A DNA stretch of 33,061 nucleotides from Nanobdellota archaeon (GTDB lineage: Archaea > Nanobdellota > Nanobdellia > Pacearchaeales > UBA12030), in the NCBI GenBank assembly GCA_018829485.1, contig JAHJTU010000086.1, positions 1 through 33,061 of the forward strand, in the 5' to 3' direction. The position numbers and the translations under genes were made by a program. Position 1 is the stretch's first letter. The number at the start of each line of letters is the position of its first letter. Positions 16,254-25,317 of this stretch are shown here, piece by piece. Under the pieces are notes generated by a model, which was not told the origin of the DNA, ran no database searches, and was given only the letters and a program-made list of their open reading frames with translations.

Positions 16254-18395
16254 ATGGCAAATCCAGATGTTAAGGATATTTTGAAAAGATATGAAGCAAG
16301 ACTTAACAGAGAACTTGAGTATGAAACTACAAATGTTGAGTTTACAAAAGAGTATGAGCAATTCAAGAGAGAAGCATTCAAGCCTTTAAGCAGATACGAA
16401 AAGTGGGCAAAATTTGCTTCAAAAATCCTGAAAGTAAAACCATCAGGAAAGAACTCAGAAAAATTTGACAAAGCATTAAGCATTGTTCATTCTGAAATAA
16501 CTTCTGAAGAATCTATGAGCTTGGCTGTTAATGCTTTTATTGTTACAATACTCTTGACTGTTATTGGTTTTGCAAGTTATGTTTTTCTTACAGGAGGAGA
16601 ATATCTTCCATTAATGTATTTATTTTTAGGAGTACTCTTTTCAGGATTCTTATTTTATTGGCTTTATTCTTTTCCATTAATACAAGCAAAAATATGGAGG
16701 CTTAAGTCTAGTTCTCAACTTGTACAGGCATTATTATTTATTGTCATTTACATGAAGCACACTCCTAATTTAGAACGAGCAATAAAATTTGCTTCAGATC
16801 ATTTGCAACCACCATTGTCATTAGACTTCAAGAAAATATTTTGGGATGTTGAAGTTGGAAAATATTCTACAATAAGGGAAAGTATTGACAATTACTTGGA
16901 AACTTGGAGAGACGGTAATTTAGAATTTGTTGAAGCAATGCACTTAATTGAAAGTTCATTGTATGAGCCAAAAGAGTACAAGAGAATTGAGATTTTGGAA
17001 AAAAGTTTGACTACTGTTTTGGAAGGTGTACAAGAAAAAATGCTTTCTTATACTCATGATATTAAAGCACCATTAACAAACATCTACATGTTGGGAATTG
17101 TTCTGCCAACACTTGCATTAGCATTAATACCATTAGCATCTGCATTGCTTGGTGGATTAATAACTTGGCAGCACATTATTGTGATGTTTAATATTATTGT
17201 TCCATTTTTTGTTTATTACATGACTTCTCAAGTATTGTTAACAAGACCAGCAGGTTATGGTGAAACAGAATTACTTGAATTGCATCCGGATTATGCTAAG
17301 TATAAGAGTAATACACCTAATTTAATTGCATTTTTAATTGCATTACCTTTTTTCATTTTAGGAATTTTGCCATTATTTATGCTTTTTCCTAATTTTGCTT
17401 CTAGCATTGGGTTAGCAGATTTTGATATATTCTTTTTAGGAAAGTTTTTTGATGTAAAAACAACAGCAACAGGATTAGCAGGGCCATTTGGATTAGGTGC
17501 TGTATGCTTAAGCTTATTTTTGCCATTATCAATAAGTTTGTTCTTTGCAGTAAGCTATAGCATGAAAACATCACAATTAATTAAAACAAGAAAAGAAACA
17601 AAGAAGTTAGAAGATGAATATGGTTCTGCATTATTTCAATTAGGTAATAGGTTATCTTCAGGAGTTCCAGCTGAAATGGCATTTGGAAGAGTTGCTGAAG
17701 TATTGCATGGAACACCAACAGGAAAATTCTTTTCTTTAGTTAATAATAATATTCAGAATGGAATGTCTGTTAAGGAAGCGATTTTTAACAGGCAAAGAGG
17801 AGCAATTATTTATTTTCCTTCATCATTAATTAAAACTTCAATGCATATTCTTATTGAAGGAGCAAGAAAAGGATTAAAAATAGCATCAGAAAGCATGATT
17901 AGTATTGCAGAGCATGTTAAAAGTATTCATAGAATTGAAGAAAGATTAAAAGATTTAGTTGCAGATGTTGTTGTAAGTATGAAAAGCAATATCTCCTTTT
18001 TAGCTCCTATTCTTGGTGGTGTTGTTATTGGATTAGCTGCAATGATAACAATGATAATAAATTACTTGACAACAATGATGGCGGCTTTAGAAACAGGTGA
18101 AGCAGCTAGTATTGGAGGAGCAGAAGGAATTGTTACATTATTTAATATAGAAAGCATGATTCCACCTTATTTCTTACAAATTGCAATTGGAATATATCTA
18201 GTTCAGATTATATTCATACTAACTCAAACTGTTGTTGTAATTGAAAATGGTGCTGACAAACTTACAGAAAGAAATGAAATAGCTAAAAATCTTTATAAAG
18301 GAATTTCATTTTATTTGATAATTGCATTAATTTCAATACTAGTACTAACATTGCTTGCATCATTAGTTATGACACAAATTGGGCCATTAGGATAA
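16254..18395 (+). CDS. Type IV pilus/archaellum platform membrane protein (PilC/TadC/FlaJ-like, T2SS-F domains)
   Basis: 713-aa polytopic protein. Cytoplasmic helical domains alternate with TM bundles. YGSALFQLGNRLSSGVPAEMAFGRVAEVL resembles the T2SS-F domain. It pairs with the upstream ATPase. Confidence 0.75.
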   Translation: MANPDVKDILKRYEARLNRELEYETTNVEFTKEYEQFKREAFKPLSRYEKWAKFASKILKVKPSGKNSEKFDKALSIVHSEITSEESMSLAVNAFIVTILLTVIGFASYVFLTGGEYLPLMYLFLGVLFSGFLFYWLYSFPLIQAKIWRLKSSSQLVQALLFIVIYMKHTPNLERAIKFASDHLQPPLSLDFKKIFWDVEVGKYSTIRESIDNYLETWRDGNLEFVEAMHLIESSLYEPKEYKRIEILEKSLTTVLEGVQEKMLSYTHDIKAPLTNIYMLGIVLPTLALALIPLASALLGGLITWQHIIVMFNIIVPFFVYYMTSQVLLTRPAGYGETELLELHPDYAKYKSNTPNLIAFLIALPFFILGILPLFMLFPNFASSIGLADFDIFFLGKFFDVKTTATGLAGPFGLGAVCLSLFLPLSISLFFAVSYSMKTSQLIKTRKETKKLEDEYGSALFQLGNRLSSGVPAEMAFGRVAEVLHGTPTGKFFSLVNNNIQNGMSVKEAIFNRQRGAIIYFPSSLIKTSMHILIEGARKGLKIASESMISIAEHVKSIHRIEERLKDLVADVVVSMKSNISFLAPILGGVVIGLAAMITMIINYLTTMMAALETGEAASIGGAEGIVTLFNIESMIPPYFLQIAIGIYLVQIIFILTQTVVVIENGADKLTERNEIAKNLYKGISFYLIIALISILVLTLLASLVMTQIGPLG

Positions 18396-18425
18396 AAAGA
18401 AAAATAAAAAAGAGGATAAGTTAAA

Positions 18426-19037
18426 ATGAAAACAACAAAAATCTATCTCACAAGACATGCACAAAGTATTCATAATCTTAGTGATACTTATAATAGTAAT
18501 CCTGAAAATGATAAAGGATTGAGTTCTAATGGTTTTAAGCAGGCAAAGCAACTTGCAAAAAGATTAGAAAAAGAAAAGATAGATATAATTTATAGCAGTA
18601 ATATGCCAAGATGCATTCAAACTGCAGTTGAAATTGCTAAAGTAATTAGAAAAAAAATTATTGTTAATTCAAAATTTATAGAACCAGATATGGGCAAGTA
18701 TGAATTAATGAAACAAACACAAATTGAAAGAAAATATCCTAAGATTGCAAAAATGTGGTTTGGAGATGGTGCTGAAAACTTGACATTGGGAGAATCATTT
18801 AAGACTGCTCAAAAAAGAATGCTTAAGGAAGTTGATATTCTTGCAAAAAAGCATAAAGGAAAAAGCATACTTATTATTACACACCAAGCACCAGTAAAAT
18901 TTGTTGTATGTAACTTGTTAGGTGGATTAAAATATTTTAATGTTTTTGGAATAGATAATGCTTCTTTAACTTTATTAGAAAAGAATAATAAAGATTATAA
19001 GTTAAAGTATCTTAATAATATAAGTTATTTATCATAA
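18426..19037 (+). CDS. Histidine phosphatase (phosphoglycerate mutase-like superfamily)
   Basis: IYLTRHAQSIHN (RHG-type motif with the catalytic His) and distal ILIITHQAP. Confidence 0.8.
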   Translation: MKTTKIYLTRHAQSIHNLSDTYNSNPENDKGLSSNGFKQAKQLAKRLEKEKIDIIYSSNMPRCIQTAVEIAKVIRKKIIVNSKFIEPDMGKYELMKQTQIERKYPKIAKMWFGDGAENLTLGESFKTAQKRMLKEVDILAKKHKGKSILIITHQAPVKFVVCNLLGGLKYFNVFGIDNASLTLLEKNNKDYKLKYLNNISYLS

Positions 19038-19038
19038 T

Positions 19039-19935
19039 ATGAAATCAAAAAGAAGGACAGGAAAAAGAGCACAAGTAAGACAAGAAGTTGTTTTATGGGT
19101 AATTGCTTTAATTGTTCTTGTTGTTCTTAGCATTTTTGTTTACTTTCTATATTACAATTCCCCTGCAACAATAAATAAGGAAACATGCAAGCAATCTGTT
19201 TTAATGAGAGCAGCATGGATAATGACCCCTTCTGAAGTAAGACCACCATTAAGATGCAAAACACAAGATGTTGAAATAAAAACAACTAATCAGGATGAGA
19301 TTAAAAGAGAAATTGCAAATTCAATGTATGATTGCTGGGACATGTTAGGACAAGGTAAAGTTGATTTCTTAGGACAAGATGCAACTAAATGGTTTGCAAT
19401 ACAACCAGATGAACCTGCATGCATTATATGTTCAAGAATTACTTTTGCTGATAATGTAAAAACAAAAGTCAAAAATGTAAATAATCTTACAACCTATCTT
19501 AATAATGTAAAGATTCCAGGAAAAGAGATTACATATTCACAATTTTTAATGGATGATGAGAATGCAAAATTAGAAATCCTTGATCCTTCAACTCCATCTT
19601 CTTTAACAACAAATAGGCAATATGCTGTTGTTTTTATGAATATGCGTGGAACTGATCCTTTGACAATTGCTAAAAAAGCAGCTGGTTTTGGTGGTGTTAG
19701 TGGAGTTGGTATTGGATTATTAGTGGCTAAAGTAGCTTCAAAACTTGCTGGACCAGTTGGAATTGGTATTGGAGTTGCTTATGCTGCAACTGCAACAACA
19801 ACAGGAATTATGACAATGAGAACAGCAGGAAAAAATTGTGATGGAAATATGGGTGGATGCAATGCACTAATTTTAACACCTTATGAAGCAGAGGAATTAA
19901 ATAATGTATGTAAAGATTTAAAAAGCATTCCTTAA
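19039..19935 (+). CDS. Pilin-like protein with a class III signal peptide and a C-terminal Gly/Ala-rich hydrophobic segment
   Basis: N terminus MKSKRRTGKRA/QVRQEVVLWVIALIVLVVLSIF. Its start is 1 nt after the previous stop. C-terminal GFGGVSGVGIGLLVAKVASKLAGPVGIGIGVAYAA. Confidence 0.65.
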   Translation: MKSKRRTGKRAQVRQEVVLWVIALIVLVVLSIFVYFLYYNSPATINKETCKQSVLMRAAWIMTPSEVRPPLRCKTQDVEIKTTNQDEIKREIANSMYDCWDMLGQGKVDFLGQDATKWFAIQPDEPACIICSRITFADNVKTKVKNVNNLTTYLNNVKIPGKEITYSQFLMDDENAKLEILDPSTPSSLTTNRQYAVVFMNMRGTDPLTIAKKAAGFGGVSGVGIGLLVAKVASKLAGPVGIGIGVAYAATATTTGIMTMRTAGKNCDGNMGGCNALILTPYEAEELNNVCKDLKSIP

Positions 19936-19953
19936 AAAAACATAAATAAAAAA

Positions 19954-20121
19954 ATGGCAACAAAAAAAACAAATAAAAAAGGAATAGTGCAGAGTGAAAC
20001 AGCAAAATGGATACTTGCTATTATTTTGCTTGTTGTAGTGGTAATTATTATCTTTTTCCTTAGTGGAAAAGGACAAGCACTTTTACAGAAAATTTTTGAT
20101 ATGTTAAGATTTGGTAGTTAA
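19954..20121 (+). CDS. Small (55-aa) pilin-like protein with a class III signal peptide
   Basis: Not in the ORF track. MATKKTNKKG/IVQSETAKWILAIILLVVVVIIIFFL... has Glu at +5 after the predicted cleavage site. Stop TAA at 20119-20121. Confidence 0.6.
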   Translation: MATKKTNKKGIVQSETAKWILAIILLVVVVIIIFFLSGKGQALLQKIFDMLRFGS

Positions 20122-20133
20122 GTAAAAAAGAAA

Positions 20134-20331
20134 ATGACAGAAGAAGCAACATGGGGCATTGGAGTAATTGTAAAATGGATTTTGATAATTGCAGTTATTA
20201 TAATTACTGTTATCATACTCTATAATTTCCTTGTTAAGCCAGTCATGGATACTTTTGGAAAAGAAGCAACTTTGCCTCTCTTTATGCTAATAAAAAACTT
20301 TAAAAAGAGCCCTGCTATTGATTTTATATAA
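20134..20331 (+). CDS. Small single-TM membrane protein
   Basis: 65 aa. The KWILIIAVIIITVIILY helix resembles that of the preceding gene, but there is no K-K-G/A cleavage motif. Confidence 0.5.
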   Translation: MTEEATWGIGVIVKWILIIAVIIITVIILYNFLVKPVMDTFGKEATLPLFMLIKNFKKSPAIDFI

Positions 20332-20348
20332 AGATAAAAAGAGGAAAA

Positions 20349-20672
20349 ATGAAACTAAGACCTTTGGATAAAAAAGGAATTGAAATTAGTATGAATACTC
20401 TAATTATTACAATTATTGTTGTCTTGGTGTTGCTAATTGTTGCTCTTTCTTTTACATATGGAATGAGGGGTTTGATTGATCAAATTAAAAGAGTTTTTGG
20501 AGTAACAACTGAATCACCACAAGCATTAGCAAAAGATAGATGTGCTAATTTATGTGCATTACAAAGAACAGAAGCTTATTGTAATGGGGTTGATGTTTTA
20601 GTAACAGGTAATGAAACAAGACATTTTGATTGTACTGTAGAATCTCCTTGCCCAGGTATACCATGTACTTAA
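20349..20672 (+). CDS. Pilin-like protein with a class III signal peptide and a Cys-rich C-terminal domain
   Basis: MKLRPLDKKG/IEISMNTLIITIIVVLVLLIVAL. Six Cys in the C-terminal 50 aa. Confidence 0.65.
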   Translation: MKLRPLDKKGIEISMNTLIITIIVVLVLLIVALSFTYGMRGLIDQIKRVFGVTTESPQALAKDRCANLCALQRTEAYCNGVDVLVTGNETRHFDCTVESPCPGIPCT

Positions 20673-20698
20673 CAGACTGCCCCCTTAAAAGATTAAAA

Positions 20699-20875
20699 AT
20701 GAACAAACATGGAGATGCATTTCCTATAAAAGTTATGGTTGTTATAATTCTGATTATTCTTGTTTTAGTTATTTTATTTTTATTTGCTACAGGCACATAT
20801 AGGGAAATATTTGAAACCCTTTCTAGATATTTAGGACTTGCTAAAGATGGAGCAGAAGCATTACCAGCACCATAA
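20699..20875 (+). CDS. Small (58-aa) pilin-like protein
   Basis: MNKHG/DAFPIKVMVVIILIILVLVILFLFA. Start taken at the internal ATG 20699; the longer track ORF overlaps the previous gene. Confidence 0.55.
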   Translation: MNKHGDAFPIKVMVVIILIILVLVILFLFATGTYREIFETLSRYLGLAKDGAEALPAP

Positions 20876-20932
20876 TAATATAAGAGAAAGACAATAGTTA
20901 AAATTTAAAAATTGCTTATTCTTCTCTCATAT

Positions 20933-22030
20933 ATGAATAAAAGAGGGCAGATAAGAAAGAACATAGTTGAGATTATCTTACTAGTGTTTTTTATTGGAAT
21001 TATTTTGCTTGCAGCAGTTGCAGTAACTAATATTTATTTGAATAAAGGGAATTCTGCTTCAAAAGAGCATTTCTTGAATTTATCTTCTCAAATAAAATCC
21101 TTAAACCAAGGACAAGTTAAAGGTCCTATTATTTTTTATGTTAGTTCTGATAATCCAATAAAAAGCTATGATGCTGGAGAAAAATCACCAGAAGATTGTT
21201 TTGGAAAAGCATGCTTATGTTTATGCAAGAAAACATATGGTGGAATAAAATTAGAATGCATGAATGATGTTATTTGTGAAACATTTGATAAGAATTTAAG
21301 ATTAAAAGAAAAAGGAAGTGTTGTTACAAGCGTATTTCTTAAAGGAAATGCATTTTACACTCTTTGGATAAGTAATATTGATGATGAAGTTATTGTTATT
21401 TTTAATTATCCTGATGATGTTAAGCCATATTTAGAAAAGCAAGAGCAAGAAGCATTGCAAGAGGAAGAGAAGACACAGGGTGAAATTAAGAGTTTTTATA
21501 CTGAATTTATAGGTCCTGGAATTGCTGCATCAACAAAATTACCAGCACAGAATTTAATTAATGCATATGAAAAACAAGCATTTAAATCACAAGGAACAAT
21601 AAAAGAATTAGTTGATAAGTATAGTAAAGAATATGGCGTTGAACCTTATTTAATTGCATCAATAGCTTCAATGGAAAGCACTATGGGCACAAGTAGTGGC
21701 TGTAAAAGTGTTGGGAAAAGCATATTAACTGGATGCAAATGGCCTACAAGTTGTGCTTCTGGATGCAAATGTTCTAGTTCTGATGTTTATAATGACGAAG
21801 GACAAGTAAAATGTACAGCAAATTTATTGAGAAATGCTTATGAACAAGCATCTGGAAAAGAATCTGGGTTATATTCAGGATGTAAGAAATATTCTAATGA
21901 TTTAGATAAATGGAGATGCATTTTTTGTATGTATAATAAAGGTATAGTTATGTTAAACTGTGATTATCAAAGTAATATTTTTAGTTTCTATAAACAATGG
22001 AAAAAATATTATGAAGATAAAAGTGTATAA
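20933..22030 (+). CDS. Class III signal-peptide protein carrying a C-terminal Cys-rich lytic transglycosylase (SLT/lysozyme-like) domain
   Basis: N terminus MNKRG/QIRKNIVEIILLVFFIGIILLAAVAV. C-terminal GVEPYLIASIASMESTMG...SILTGC...NDEGQVKCTANLLRNAY...FCMYNKG parallels the SLT motifs (ES / GLMQ / AYNxG). Confidence 0.65.
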   Translation: MNKRGQIRKNIVEIILLVFFIGIILLAAVAVTNIYLNKGNSASKEHFLNLSSQIKSLNQGQVKGPIIFYVSSDNPIKSYDAGEKSPEDCFGKACLCLCKKTYGGIKLECMNDVICETFDKNLRLKEKGSVVTSVFLKGNAFYTLWISNIDDEVIVIFNYPDDVKPYLEKQEQEALQEEEKTQGEIKSFYTEFIGPGIAASTKLPAQNLINAYEKQAFKSQGTIKELVDKYSKEYGVEPYLIASIASMESTMGTSSGCKSVGKSILTGCKWPTSCASGCKCSSSDVYNDEGQVKCTANLLRNAYEQASGKESGLYSGCKKYSNDLDKWRCIFCMYNKGIVMLNCDYQSNIFSFYKQWKKYYEDKSV

Positions 22031-22031
22031 A

Positions 22032-22400
22032 ATGCTAAAATCAAAAAGAGGAATAACAACATTACTTCAGGAAGAGCTGATTAAGTTAATTATTGTTGTT
22101 CTTCTGGCTGCTATGCTTTTATGGTTTGTTTATGCATCTGCAAAAGGAGAAATCTCTCAATCAGTAACTAAATCAAGAGAAATTGCAATATGGATGGATA
22201 CAGCATACAATACTGAATTTGATTCTGATGTTTTGCTTTATTTTCCTTATCAAGATGGTATTTCAATAAAAGAAGATTCAGTTGAAGTTAAAATTGGCAA
22301 TGCACCTGCAGGGAAAATATCCAGAATAATTCCAACTGAATACAAGAAAGTAGTTTCAGAAAAAGAAGTTGCTGGAACATTAGAAATAGAAGTTGTATAA
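22032..22400 (+). CDS. Pilin-like protein with a class III signal peptide
   Basis: MLKSKRG/ITTLLQEELIKLIIVVLLAAMLLWFVYA. ATG lies 1 nt after the previous stop. Confidence 0.65.
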   Translation: MLKSKRGITTLLQEELIKLIIVVLLAAMLLWFVYASAKGEISQSVTKSREIAIWMDTAYNTEFDSDVLLYFPYQDGISIKEDSVEVKIGNAPAGKISRIIPTEYKKVVSEKEVAGTLEIEVV

Positions 22401-22882
22401 TGAAGCTTTTAGAAAAATCTTCGCAAAAACAAAAAATGAATATGAATAAGAAAGCACAAATAACAGAAGGATGGATGTGGCTAATTAGAATTTTGTTTTT
22501 AATTATGCCATTATCTTTGGCAATTGCATTTTTTATGAGCAGTTTTGTTTCAAGTGTTGATGTAACTCCAATAGAAGCAACTATTCTTGCTGAAAGAGTT
22601 GACACATGCTTTGTTAATAATGGTATTTTAGATATGAATGATTTTAATACAGCAACTTTGAAAAATTGTTATAATTCAGAAGATGTTAATGCAAAATTAG
22701 AACTTAGCTTTAAAGAAGTAATACCAATAAAAACAGATAATTTTGATGTATATTGGCCATTGTGTAATTTGAAAGGAAAAGATGTTCCTTATTGCAATGA
22801 ATTTAGAGAATATGTTTTAGTTAAGGATGGTGATGAGTATTATCCTGGTTCATTGGATATTAAAATAACCCTAAGAAAGTAA
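22400..22882 (+). CDS. Pilin-like protein with a class III signal peptide
   Basis: ...MNMNKKA/QITEGWMWLIRILFLIMPLSLAIAFF. TAATG overlap with the previous gene. Met12 or Met14 are alternative starts. Confidence 0.65.
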   Translation: MKLLEKSSQKQKMNMNKKAQITEGWMWLIRILFLIMPLSLAIAFFMSSFVSSVDVTPIEATILAERVDTCFVNNGILDMNDFNTATLKNCYNSEDVNAKLELSFKEVIPIKTDNFDVYWPLCNLKGKDVPYCNEFREYVLVKDGDEYYPGSLDIKITLRK

Positions 22883-22883
22883 A

Positions 22884-23441
22884 ATGAAACTTAATAAAAA
22901 AGCAATAATTGGAAGTGGATTAGCAACTGTATGGGCAATTGTAGTTATAGCAATTATTTTAGCAATTTTCTTTCTTTTGTCTGCTGTTATTTTGCCATTC
23001 AAAAAAACATCCGAGAATGTTATTGTTACTGACAAATTTACTTTAATTGAAAATAGTGAATCTGTTATTGCATTATTAAATACACCTTTTGAAATTTCTC
23101 TTAGTGGTGAAACTGTGAAAGTTCCATTAAAGGATATCTTTATTCTTTATGATAATAATCTTGTATCAAATCTAGATATGGAAAACATAAAACCACAAAT
23201 CAAAACTTCTTTGGAAAAAGCATATGGAAGTTGTTACGCTATAAAATATGAAGGAACTAATATTTTTGAAGATAATTGGCAAACATCAGCTTATGCTGAA
23301 AAATGGCAACAGCAAGGAGAAATAACATTAACTGAAATTAATTTAATTAGTGGAAAATTCTCATTTAGAAATTTGTTTGATACTTGCATGATTAAAAATA
23401 GGAATATTGAAAATTGTAAGATGGCATGCTTAATAATCTAA
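22884..23441 (+). CDS. Pilin-like protein with a class III signal peptide
   Basis: MKLNKKA/IIGSGLATVWAIVVIAIILAIFFLL. Confidence 0.65.
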   Translation: MKLNKKAIIGSGLATVWAIVVIAIILAIFFLLSAVILPFKKTSENVIVTDKFTLIENSESVIALLNTPFEISLSGETVKVPLKDIFILYDNNLVSNLDMENIKPQIKTSLEKAYGSCYAIKYEGTNIFEDNWQTSAYAEKWQQQGEITLTEINLISGKFSFRNLFDTCMIKNRNIENCKMACLII

Positions 23442-23442
23442 A

Positions 23443-24228
23443 ATGAAAATGAAAAAGATGAATAAAAAAGCAATAAGTTTTGCAGTTGGAATGGTTCTTT
23501 TAGCAATTGCAATAACTGTTTTTGCCTTTTACATGGTATTTTTTGTAAGTAATGAAAGAATAAAAGATATTGTAACTCCTTTAGATTTAATTAATATTCA
23601 GAATGATGCAAGAGAAGATGTATTTTTTATTAAAGAATCAGCAAATTATGCAAGTCAGAGGGCAGTATATAGTGTTTTAAATGAAATTCCAATGAAATCT
23701 TCATCTCCATATAAAAAATATCAAGATATAGATATATGGAATGATTGTGAACCAGACATAAAGAAAGTTGAGGAAAAATTCTTAGATGAATTTTCTCAGG
23801 AATTTTATTCTCTTATAAAATCTAGTGATAAAGATATTATTAAGAATTTGGATGGAAAATATGTTTTCTCTTTGAATAATAATATACTAAAGTTACAATC
23901 AGGACAGGAATTAGAATATCATACTTTACTTGAAATTCATGCTGTGTATAAGACAAGTGTTTCTTTTGAAAAAGAATTGCCATTTTCTCTAAATATCCTT
24001 TCTGATATTCATACAAGAAGCAAAAATGCAGTAAATACATGCAAAGATGATTTTGATTGTATTACAGAAAAAATGAATTCTGATGATCTTGATGATTTTG
24101 ATTTTGAATTTACAAAAAATGGAGATTATATTATATTTACAGCAAGAACAAAAGACAGATTCTTTTTTAATGATGGCACTTTAAAGTATGATAAAATTTC
24201 ATTTGATTATGCTATTTCTCTAACATAA
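23443..24228 (+). CDS. Pilin-like protein with a class III signal peptide (261 aa)
   Basis: MKMKKMNKKA/ISFAVGMVLLAIAITVFAFYMVFF. Last gene of the co-directional, tightly packed cluster. Confidence 0.65.
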   Translation: MKMKKMNKKAISFAVGMVLLAIAITVFAFYMVFFVSNERIKDIVTPLDLINIQNDAREDVFFIKESANYASQRAVYSVLNEIPMKSSSPYKKYQDIDIWNDCEPDIKKVEEKFLDEFSQEFYSLIKSSDKDIIKNLDGKYVFSLNNNILKLQSGQELEYHTLLEIHAVYKTSVSFEKELPFSLNILSDIHTRSKNAVNTCKDDFDCITEKMNSDDLDDFDFEFTKNGDYIIFTARTKDRFFFNDGTLKYDKISFDYAISLT

Positions 24229-24267
24229 AACTTATATATTTTCCTTTTGTAGAATTAATAGAAAAAG

Positions 24268-25257
24268 ATGATACAGGCTAGGTATAGGGAATTTTTGCAA
24301 AGAATAACCAAAGAGTCTGGTTTGCAAGAGAATGATATTGATAAAAGAATAAAGCAAAAACAGGCAGCTTTAGGTGGATTAATTACTTTGGAAGGAGCTG
24401 CATTAATTGTTGCATCTGAATTAGGAATTAAATTTGATATGCAGAAAGTCAAAGTTGGTGAATTAATGACTGGAATGAGAAATATAGATGTTCTTGGGAA
24501 AGTAGTAAGAGTATATCCAGTAAGGAAGTATAAACAAAGAAATGGCGAGGAAGGAAAAATTGGAAGTTTTTTAGTTGCTGATGAAACAGGTAGTGTAAGG
24601 ATTGTTTTATGGGACACAAATCATATTTCATTAATAGAAGAAAACAAGATTAAAGAGAATGATGTTTTTTTAATTAAAAAAGCAGATGTTAGAGGAACTG
24701 ATATTAAAGAATTGCATTTAGGGGGCAAGTCAGCAATTGAAAGAAGTGAAGATAAAATCGAAAAAACAAAAATCACATTTGCTTTGTCATCTTCAAGAAT
24801 TTCTGATTTAAAAGAAAATGATAGAACAGCAGTAAGAGCAACAATTGTTCAGACATTTCCAATAAGCTTTTATCCGTCATGTCCTGAATGCAAGAAAAGA
24901 TTAGCAGAATCTGATGATAAGTATTATTGCACAACACATGGAGAAATAAAGCCAAAATTCCTGCCTGTTTTTGGATTTTACATTGATGATGGAAGTGCAA
25001 ATATAAGGGCTGTCTGTTTCTTTGAATCATTGAAAAAGCTGCTTAATATTGAAGAAGAACAGCTTTTGGCATTAAAAGAGGATAGTAAGTCAAGTGATGA
25101 ATTAAGAGATTCTTTGCTTGGACAAGAGTTCATGTTTGAAGGCAGAACAAGGAGAAATGCCCTTTTTAATAGATTAGAGTTTGTTATCAATTCTGCTTCT
25201 AATCTTGATATAGATAAAATAACTGAAGAATTAAGCAAAGAAGTTGGTTTAAGCTAA
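24268..25257 (+). CDS. rpa: Replication protein A (ssDNA-binding, OB folds plus zinc ribbon)
   Basis: OB-fold region GKVVRVYPVRKYKQRNGEEGKIGSFLVADETGSVRIVLWD. Zinc motif CPECKKRL...YYCTTHG. Adjacent to radA. Confidence 0.8.
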   Translation: MIQARYREFLQRITKESGLQENDIDKRIKQKQAALGGLITLEGAALIVASELGIKFDMQKVKVGELMTGMRNIDVLGKVVRVYPVRKYKQRNGEEGKIGSFLVADETGSVRIVLWDTNHISLIEENKIKENDVFLIKKADVRGTDIKELHLGGKSAIERSEDKIEKTKITFALSSSRISDLKENDRTAVRATIVQTFPISFYPSCPECKKRLAESDDKYYCTTHGEIKPKFLPVFGFYIDDGSANIRAVCFFESLKKLLNIEEEQLLALKEDSKSSDELRDSLLGQEFMFEGRTRRNALFNRLEFVINSASNLDIDKITEELSKEVGLS

Positions 25258-25288
25258 TTATTGGTAAATATACTTGTTTATATAAAAA

Positions 25289-25296
25289 TTTATAAA
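25289..25296 (+). promoter_or_regulatory. TATA box (TTTATAAA) for radA
   Basis: Exactly 21 nt upstream of the ATG at 25318. A second TTTATATA sits just upstream at 25278-25285. Confidence 0.4.
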
Positions 25297-25317
25297 GTTT
25301 GGCACTTTAAATTGAAT

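Noticed and set aside
16142-16483. 113-aa minus-strand ORF overlapping the start of the platform gene.
   Set aside because: It runs through the divergent promoter region and the 5' end of a 713-aa gene, and has no features.
19808-20005. 65-aa minus-strand ORF across the intergenic region between the 19039 gene and the small pilin gene. Likewise 20545-20796, 22288-22605, 24255-24631 and 31024-31221.
   Set aside because: They are opposite a tightly packed co-directional operon, and their products are Phe/Leu-rich shadows.
21960-22031. Upstream extension of the 22032 pilin-like gene (track ORF starts at 21960). Similar extensions occur at 20630 and 20912.
   Set aside because: The extensions overlap the preceding genes and bury the basic, class III signal N terminus. 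The internal ATGs (22032, 20699, 20933) give canonical short M-x-K-K/R-G/A leaders immediately after the previous stop codon.
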